From an uncultured Nitrospiraceae bacterium (lineage in GTDB: Bacteria; Nitrospirota; Nitrospiria; Nitrospirales; Nitrospiraceae): 64,000 nucleotides of DNA. The DNA lies in contig CAVSTP010000003.1 of NCBI GenBank assembly GCA_963730935.1, forward strand, positions 736,001 through 800,000. The letters are read 5' to 3'. This document shows positions 58,372 through 64,000 of the stretch, piece after piece (positions within the stretch are counted from its first letter, which is position 1; every line of letters begins with the position of its first letter). A program made the translations under genes and the position numbers. Below the pieces are notes generated by a model that did no database searches, was not told the DNA's origin, and was given only the letters and a program-made list of their open reading frames with translations.

Positions 58372-58842
58372 ATGGCCACAGAGCTCACGGTGGGAGACCC
58401 TGCGCCAGACCTGTCGCTACCTGACCAGCAGGGCAAGTCGGTGACCTTGAGAAGTTTCCGAGGAAAGCAGGTCGTGCTGTACTTCTACCCGAAGGACGAC
58501 ACGCCGGGCTGCACCAAGGAGTCGTGCGAATTTCGTGATGTGGAGTCCCAAATTGTGAGAGCGGGTGGGGTAATCCTCGGGGTGAGTTTGGACGACAAAG
58601 AATCCCACCAAAAATTCATCAAGAAATTCGGGTTGCCCTTTCCGCTGTTGAGCGATGAGGACGCCGCCGTGTCCAAGGCGTACGGTGTCTACAAAGAGAA
58701 AAATATGTACGGAAAGAAATACTGGGGGATCGAGCGCAGCACCTTTGTCGTTGATCCAAATGGCAAACTCAAGGCTGTGTTCAGGAAAGTAAAAGTCGAC
58801 GGGCATGTCGATGAAGTCCTGACAGCGCTCCGGTCCTCCTAG
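58372..58842 (+). CDS. bcp: Peroxiredoxin Q / BCP
   Basis: YFYPKDDTPGCTKESC motif. Confidence 0.94.
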   Translation: MATELTVGDPAPDLSLPDQQGKSVTLRSFRGKQVVLYFYPKDDTPGCTKESCEFRDVESQIVRAGGVILGVSLDDKESHQKFIKKFGLPFPLLSDEDAAVSKAYGVYKEKNMYGKKYWGIERSTFVVDPNGKLKAVFRKVKVDGHVDEVLTALRSS

Positions 58843-58884
58843 CGCCACTCCGCTCTGCAACCATCGACGTTCCGACTCCACCCG

Positions 58885-59754
58885 ATGCAGTCCCGCCGAC
58901 GCATAGCCCACGCAACCTTCTTCCTGTTACTCGTGCTCCATTGGTGCAGCGATGGCGCCGTGAACGCTGCAGACAAGGTCTCCGCGACGGTCCTGGTCAA
59001 AGACAGTCTCGCGGCACCCAGGCAAGAGGCGACCATCGAAGCCAAACTGTTGGCGAAGGGGATTCTCCATAATTCGCCGTTGGGCGGAGAGCCCGTGGAA
59101 CTCCTCGTGAATGGCGTGGCGGCGGCGACGAGCATGACGGGTGGCGACGGCAGGGCTCTCCTGCCGTTCGTTCCGACCGGGAAGGGCATCGTGCAGGTTC
59201 AGGTGCGTGTGGGAGCGAGCCCCCGCGTATCGGCCGCGGAGGCCCACGCCAATCTGGTGGTATGGGAGCGGCGGACTCCCGTGCTCGTGGTCGAGCTGTC
59301 GTCACTGATCGAAGACGCTCGCTCCGAAGGGCCGTTGTCTGGCATTAGCTCCGGTCTCCAGCAGGACCTGAAGCCTATGGCCGATGCTGCCGAGGAACTG
59401 GCCAAACTGAGCCAGTTTTATTACGGGATCATGTACGTCGCAACGGTGCCTTCGGGCGCCGATGCATTTGCGATCAGCACTGACACGAGGAACTGGCTTG
59501 CGACGCACAAATTTCCTCCTGGTTTCGTACTGACGCTTCCGCGAGGAGAAGACGCGCTTGGGGCGAAAATCGATGAACTCCACGAGGCGGGCTGGAAAAG
59601 CGTGAAGACCGGAATCGGTCGCTCCAAAGTCTTCGTCGAAACGTTTCTTCGCCGCCGCCTCGAGGCGATCATGATGATTGACCCCTCCAGTGGCGACGCA
59701 CCCAGAAAGGCCAAGGTGGCGAAGAACTGGAAAGACGTACGGAAGAAGCTGTGA
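58885..59754 (+). CDS. Exported protein with Ig-like domain and degenerate HAD/LNS2-like domain
   Basis: Signal-like N-terminus; VVELSSL at the DxDxT position; WL...FPPG. Confidence 0.55.
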   Translation: MQSRRRIAHATFFLLLVLHWCSDGAVNAADKVSATVLVKDSLAAPRQEATIEAKLLAKGILHNSPLGGEPVELLVNGVAAATSMTGGDGRALLPFVPTGKGIVQVQVRVGASPRVSAAEAHANLVVWERRTPVLVVELSSLIEDARSEGPLSGISSGLQQDLKPMADAAEELAKLSQFYYGIMYVATVPSGADAFAISTDTRNWLATHKFPPGFVLTLPRGEDALGAKIDELHEAGWKSVKTGIGRSKVFVETFLRRRLEAIMMIDPSSGDAPRKAKVAKNWKDVRKKL

Positions 59755-59764
59755 CGGCATGTCC

Positions 59765-59946
59765 AGGAATGCCGGATGCTTCCTCACCTCCCGGAGCGAC
59801 CCTTCCGGACTCAGCCGAGTGGAAGCCTCCTGGAATTCCTTCGACTGCGGTCGTTGACCGCAGTGTCTCAGTCAGTTCCAGCTTTCCTCCTCGGCCGAGT
59901 CTCGGTGGGACCCCGCTCCTTCGGCGAAGTTGCATCCGGCATTCCT
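59765..59946. ncRNA. 182-nt rod-like hairpin element of unknown type
   Basis: Perfect 15-bp terminal IR AGGAATGCCGGATGC/GCATCCGGCATTCCT plus nested stems up to the apex. Confidence 0.5.
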
Positions 59947-60077
59947 AGCCACGCGCTTTGCTTTGGAGAGAGCGGTATGAAAGAAAGCGGCCAATAAGAG
60001 CGAGGCCTTCCTTCCTTTTAGTCTAGACTTTCCTCTATTATAAGGGCCGTCACATCTCTTTGGGGCTCACCAAAATC

Positions 60078-61439
60078 ATGAAAGCAAAGTCCGTCTTTTC
60101 CTGCCAGTCCTGCGGGCACCAATCTCCGCGGTGGCTGGGGCGCTGCCCGGATTGCGGCGGCTGGAACACCATGAAGGAAGAGCGTCAGGCTGCTACCGGC
60201 AAAGGACGTCCGGTTGCCCTCAAGAACTTGCAGGCGAAGCCGACCCCGATTGGAGAGATCGAAGTCATCGGCGAAGACCGTCGGCTGACCCGTATTGGTG
60301 AATTTGACCGTGTGCTGGGTGGAGGCGTGATTCCGGGTGCCGTGATCCTGATTGGTGGGGACCCGGGAATCGGAAAGACCACTCTGCTGTTACAGGCATT
60401 GCCCCGCCTTGCGTCGAGCACAGAGCCGGTCCTGTATGTCTCGGGCGAAGAGTCGCCCAGGCAGATCAAGATGCGGGGACAGCGGCTGGGGGTTGAGCAT
60501 CCACATTTACTGATTCTGGCCGAAACCTCGCTCGAAGAAATCTTGAAAGCCGTCCAGGCGATCCAGCCGGCGGCCATCGTCATCGATTCCATCCAGACGG
60601 TCTATACGGAGCAAATAACCTCGGCGCCAGGCAGCATCAGTCAGGTGCAGGAAGTGGCTGGACAACTCATGTGGTTCGCCAAGCGGGCGGGCATCCCGGT
60701 GTTTATCATCGGACACGTGACCAAGGAAGGGGCAATTGCAGGTCCGCGCTTGCTGGAACACATCGTCGACACGGTGCTGTATTTTGAAGGTGACAAGGGA
60801 CACAGCTATCGCATTCTCCGCGCCGTCAAAAACCGTTTCGGGTCCACGAACGAGATCGGTGTGTTCGAGATGAAAGAATCCGGCCTCGAAGAAGTGGCCA
60901 ATCCGTCTCAGTTGTTCTTAGGCGAGCGCCCGCAGCGGAGCACGGGTTCGGTCGTCGTGTCGAGTCTCGAAGGCTCGCGCCCCATCCTGGTCGAGTTGCA
61001 GGCGCTGGTCTCTGCGACAAGCTATGCGATGCCCAAGCGGATGGCCAACGGCGTGGACTTGAACCGGGTGTCGCTGCTGTTGGCCGTCATGGAGAAGCGG
61101 CTGGGCATGCATCTGTCGGGACAAGACGTCTATGTGAACGTGGTGGGCGGCATGCGCATCGACGAGCCTGCGATCGATCTGGGGATCGTCGCTGCCGTGA
61201 CGTCGAGTTTACGCGAAGTGGCGATAGAACCTGGTTTGCTCGTGCTGGGAGAAGTGGGGCTTGGAGGGGAAGTGCGGGGCATCACCCAGGCTGAATTGCG
61301 CATCCGCGAGGCCGCGAAGATGGGCTTCAAGCGTTGTCTCTTGCCAGAGCGGAATCTCGCGAAACTTGAAGCCATCGAGGGCATGGACCTGGTAGGAATC
61401 AGCGAAGTCGGGGAGGCGTTGGATGTGGTGTTGGCTTAA
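60078..61439 (+). CDS. radA: DNA repair protein RadA/Sms
   Basis: C4 zinc finger, GDPGIGKT, KNRFG, Lon-like C-terminus. Confidence 0.97.
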   Translation: MKAKSVFSCQSCGHQSPRWLGRCPDCGGWNTMKEERQAATGKGRPVALKNLQAKPTPIGEIEVIGEDRRLTRIGEFDRVLGGGVIPGAVILIGGDPGIGKTTLLLQALPRLASSTEPVLYVSGEESPRQIKMRGQRLGVEHPHLLILAETSLEEILKAVQAIQPAAIVIDSIQTVYTEQITSAPGSISQVQEVAGQLMWFAKRAGIPVFIIGHVTKEGAIAGPRLLEHIVDTVLYFEGDKGHSYRILRAVKNRFGSTNEIGVFEMKESGLEEVANPSQLFLGERPQRSTGSVVVSSLEGSRPILVELQALVSATSYAMPKRMANGVDLNRVSLLLAVMEKRLGMHLSGQDVYVNVVGGMRIDEPAIDLGIVAAVTSSLREVAIEPGLLVLGEVGLGGEVRGITQAELRIREAAKMGFKRCLLPERNLAKLEAIEGMDLVGISEVGEALDVVLA

Positions 61440-62256
61440 ATCGCCGACCGGGCGCTCTCCGAGCTTCTGGCATCTTCTTGTGTTCTGTGTACTCATCGCC
61501 GGCTGTGCGACGTCCGCGCCGCGCGAGGATCTTCAGCTGAAACGGGCCACGGTGGAGGAGTTGACGGCGCTGCTCCGCCAACGTGAATCGGCCATTCAGA
61601 CGATGAAAGGCCTCTTTAGCGCAAAAGTCCGTGGCGGGATCCTCCCGATTGCGACCCGCGTTGAAGGCACCATGTATTATCGACGTCCGAATGCCATGCG
61701 GCTTCGTGGCTTCACGGCCATCGGCAGCGAGTTGTTTGAATTCGTTCAGGGTGACGACCAGTTCACCTTGCGCCTTCCCACCATGGGCCGGGTGCTTACC
61801 GGCCATCCTGCCGACATGAGCGAAATGGGCAAACTGGCCCGACCGTTCCAATTGAGTGTGTGGGCAATGCGGGGGGTACTTGGAACCGGCACGATCGGCG
61901 TCAACGAAACGGCTCAGGTGGTCGAGGATGGGGATCAGTACCGGCTCGACATCTCCGGTCCTGCGCCCAATGGCGGATTACTGGTCCATCGCCGGCTTTG
62001 GTTCGACCGGCAGACTCTCTTGGTCGTAAAAGAGGATCGATTGACGGACACCGGCGAGATCGACGCCATCATCCAATATGAAGATTTCCGCGCGGTAGGT
62101 GAATCGGCCGGTGTTTCACTCGTTCCTGACGGCCGCTTGCTGCGTCCCTTCAAGATCTTGCTGGAAGATGGGCGAGGGCAGGGAAGCGTCCAGGTGACGT
62201 TTCATGAGTTAATCCCTAATACCGTCCTCAAGCCGAGCGAACTCGCACAAGGATAA
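61423..62256 (+). CDS. Lipoprotein, LolA/LolB-like (DUF4292-like) fold
   Basis: Lipobox IAGC; beta-rich RP..MRL...RLWFD pattern. Confidence 0.6.
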   Translation: MWCWLKSPTGRSPSFWHLLVFCVLIAGCATSAPREDLQLKRATVEELTALLRQRESAIQTMKGLFSAKVRGGILPIATRVEGTMYYRRPNAMRLRGFTAIGSELFEFVQGDDQFTLRLPTMGRVLTGHPADMSEMGKLARPFQLSVWAMRGVLGTGTIGVNETAQVVEDGDQYRLDISGPAPNGGLLVHRRLWFDRQTLLVVKEDRLTDTGEIDAIIQYEDFRAVGESAGVSLVPDGRLLRPFKILLEDGRGQGSVQVTFHELIPNTVLKPSELAQG

Positions 62257-62259
62257 CCG

Positions 62260-62433
62260 CCTCGTACCGGCGCCTCAGCTCGCATCTCAAGGCCCTGCGG
62301 GAAAAGGGCGCGTCTCGGCGCGCCCAGGGTTGGGTGGGTGAAATGCGGAGAAGGGCGCGTCGCGGGCGATCGATTGCACAGCAATCGGTGGGTGGGGGCG
62401 GGTGAAAAGATCGCGCAGGGTGGGTGGGTGAGC
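62260..62433 (-). mobile_element. MITE-like dispersed repeat, copy 6
   Basis: Reverse complement contains TCACCCACCCAACCCTGGGCGCGCCGAGACGCGCC and CGATTGC-TGT-GCAATCG, collinear with copy 1. Confidence 0.7.
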
Positions 62434-62440
62434 TCAAATC

Positions 62441-63223
62441 ATGAAGGTGCTTGCAGTCGAAACCGCAACGGCCTGGCAAAGCGTCGCCATTCTTAGTGGT
62501 GAACGGGTTCTTGCCCGTTGCGACCAGGCTGCGGCCGGCTCCCATGCTCGGCTGCTGCTCCCCGCCATCGACCGAGTTTTGTCGGATGCCGGCGTCCTGC
62601 CGGGAAAATTGGACGGGCTTGTCGTGTCCATCGGACCGGGATCCTTCACTGGGCTGCGAGTCGGCCTCTCCGCGGTGCTCGGTATCCGCACGGTCACGCA
62701 GGTGCCTCTGGTTGTCGTACCTACCCTCGAAGGGATGGCGTGGAACCTGCGCGATGCGGCCATGCCAGTCTGTCCAGTCATCAATAGCCGGCGCGGCGAA
62801 GTCTATTGGGCGCTGTTTCAATGGCGAGGCAACGACCATCTGGAGCGGCTCGTGCCGGAGCAGGTCGGCACCGCCGAAGCGTTGGGAAAACAACTCAGCG
62901 GCCGCGTGATCGTCTATGGTGAAGGATGGGAGACGGAGAAGGCGGCCATCAAGGCAGCCGTCGGGACCGCCGTCATCATGGAGGCCGCTGAGCAGATGAG
63001 ACCGTCGGCTGTGTCGGTCGGCTTGGCAGGACTGCTCCGGCTGTCTCGCGGCGATCGGGCCGGGCTGGGAATCAGTCCGCTGTACATTCAGCGCCCTGAA
63101 GCTGAACTCAAGTATGAACAGGCCGGAGGAATCTCACCGGTGATAAGGCGGCAGGAAAAGGTCGCGCAAAAACTCAAACGCCGTCTGGACAAGAAGCTGG
63201 CTCGTCCCAGGCGGAAGGCATGA
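62441..63223 (+). CDS. tsaB: tRNA threonylcarbamoyladenosine biosynthesis protein TsaB
   Basis: LAVETAT, GPGSFTGLR, RRGEVY, PLY motifs. Confidence 0.93.
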   Translation: MKVLAVETATAWQSVAILSGERVLARCDQAAAGSHARLLLPAIDRVLSDAGVLPGKLDGLVVSIGPGSFTGLRVGLSAVLGIRTVTQVPLVVVPTLEGMAWNLRDAAMPVCPVINSRRGEVYWALFQWRGNDHLERLVPEQVGTAEALGKQLSGRVIVYGEGWETEKAAIKAAVGTAVIMEAAEQMRPSAVSVGLAGLLRLSRGDRAGLGISPLYIQRPEAELKYEQAGGISPVIRRQEKVAQKLKRRLDKKLARPRRKA

Positions 63224-63756
63224 CGGCTTGCAATTGGTCCATAGAACCCGCAACCCTTGGATCTCTTTCAGATATTTTAAAGATAGAAGAAGCTTGCTTC
63301 TCGGCACCGTGGACGCGCAAAATGCTGGAAGCAGAGCTGAGCGGCAACCCCTTCGCGCATTTCCTGGTGGCCAGGCAGGAGGGGAGGACCGAGGTCTTGG
63401 CTGAGACGATAGTCGGGTATCTCTGTTATTGGATCGTCTTCGAGGAACTCCGGCTGATGAACCTGGCGGTCATCGAGTCGATGCGGCATCGCGGGATCGC
63501 CAGATCCCTGGTTTCCACCGCACTACAGACCGGTCTATCCCAATCTGCCCATCGTGCGGTTCTTGAAGTCCGGGCCTCGAACCAGGCCGCCCAACGGTTA
63601 TACGAAGGGTTCGGCTTTTCTCAAACGGCCATTCGGCCGAAGTATTATACCAATCCAGAGGAAGATGCCGTGCTCATGGAGTTGGACCCGATTGTCGTCA
63701 AGCCTGCCGGTTCGCCGGTGTGCCATGACGAGGAAGGACACCAGCCACTGCAATAA
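63220..63756 (+). CDS. rimI: Ribosomal-protein-alanine N-acetyltransferase
   Basis: NLAV...RHRGIA, LEVRASN, R.KYY...EDA; coupled to tsaB. Confidence 0.92.
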   Translation: MTACNWSIEPATLGSLSDILKIEEACFSAPWTRKMLEAELSGNPFAHFLVARQEGRTEVLAETIVGYLCYWIVFEELRLMNLAVIESMRHRGIARSLVSTALQTGLSQSAHRAVLEVRASNQAAQRLYEGFGFSQTAIRPKYYTNPEEDAVLMELDPIVVKPAGSPVCHDEEGHQPLQ

Positions 63757-63779
63757 TCACTCAACCAGGAGGTACAACA

Positions 63780-64000
63780 ATGCTGACGGACAATCTGATC
63801 GTGGAGCGGCTCCGCCAATCGAACACAGAATTCCGCGAACTGGAAGAGTCCCACCATCGCCTCGACCTGGAATTGAATGAGTTGCAAAAACGCCATGTGT
63901 TGACGCCGACGGAAGAATTAACCAAGAAGCAGATGCAGAAGGAGAAACTTGCGAAGAAAGACAAGATGGCGGAGTTGATCCGCATCTATCGCGATCACGA
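63780..64000 (+). CDS. DUF465/YdcH-like coiled-coil protein (runs off window end)
   Basis: AGGAGG RBS; F..L...H..LD...KEKL..KD pattern; absent from the ORF track because no stop is in the window. Confidence 0.7.
   Translation, partial: MLTDNLIVERLRQSNTEFRELEESHHRLDLELNELQKRHVLTPTEELTKKQMQKEKLAKKDKMAELIRIYRDH

Noticed and set aside
1..64000. CRISPR array, tRNA/rRNA, integrase, transposase, prophage or defence island
   Set aside because: No regularly spaced repeats, RNA-gene signatures or such ORFs found by eye; tRNAscan and cmscan were not run

Overview
A GC-rich, gene-dense chromosomal window. Gene content and repeat style suggest Nitrospira (Nitrospirota), but that assignment is inference. 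Most of it is housekeeping: uppS-cdsA-dxr-rseP-proS, tldD-tldE, hpnD-hpnE, class II nrdJ, moaC-D-E-A, accD-folC-lptD-trxA-recN and radA-tsaB-rimI, plus a Ser/Thr kinase-PP2C-FHA operon. I found no rRNA, tRNA, CRISPR array, transposase or prophage. The best novelty candidates are: (1) a signalling locus (44600-52955) headed by a 1394-aa REC-PAS-pseudo-histidine-kinase-PilZ-PilZ-LuxD-like pseudo-thioesterase-methyltransferase protein, followed by a GAF histidine kinase, a sigma54 activator and a REC-HD-GYP gene with a sigma54-type promoter; (2) two inverted, homologous, covarying ~190-205 nt structured non-coding elements at 17973-18492, and other long intergenic rod-like hairpins; (3) a MoaD whose Gly-Gly terminus is masked by a tail encoded by a dispersed MITE-like repeat (six copies in the window); (4) a FolB-methyltransferase fusion; (5) a secreted PHM/DBH-like copper protein next to an NTF2/SnoaL-like protein. 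All domain calls come from reading motifs by eye; no searches were run.
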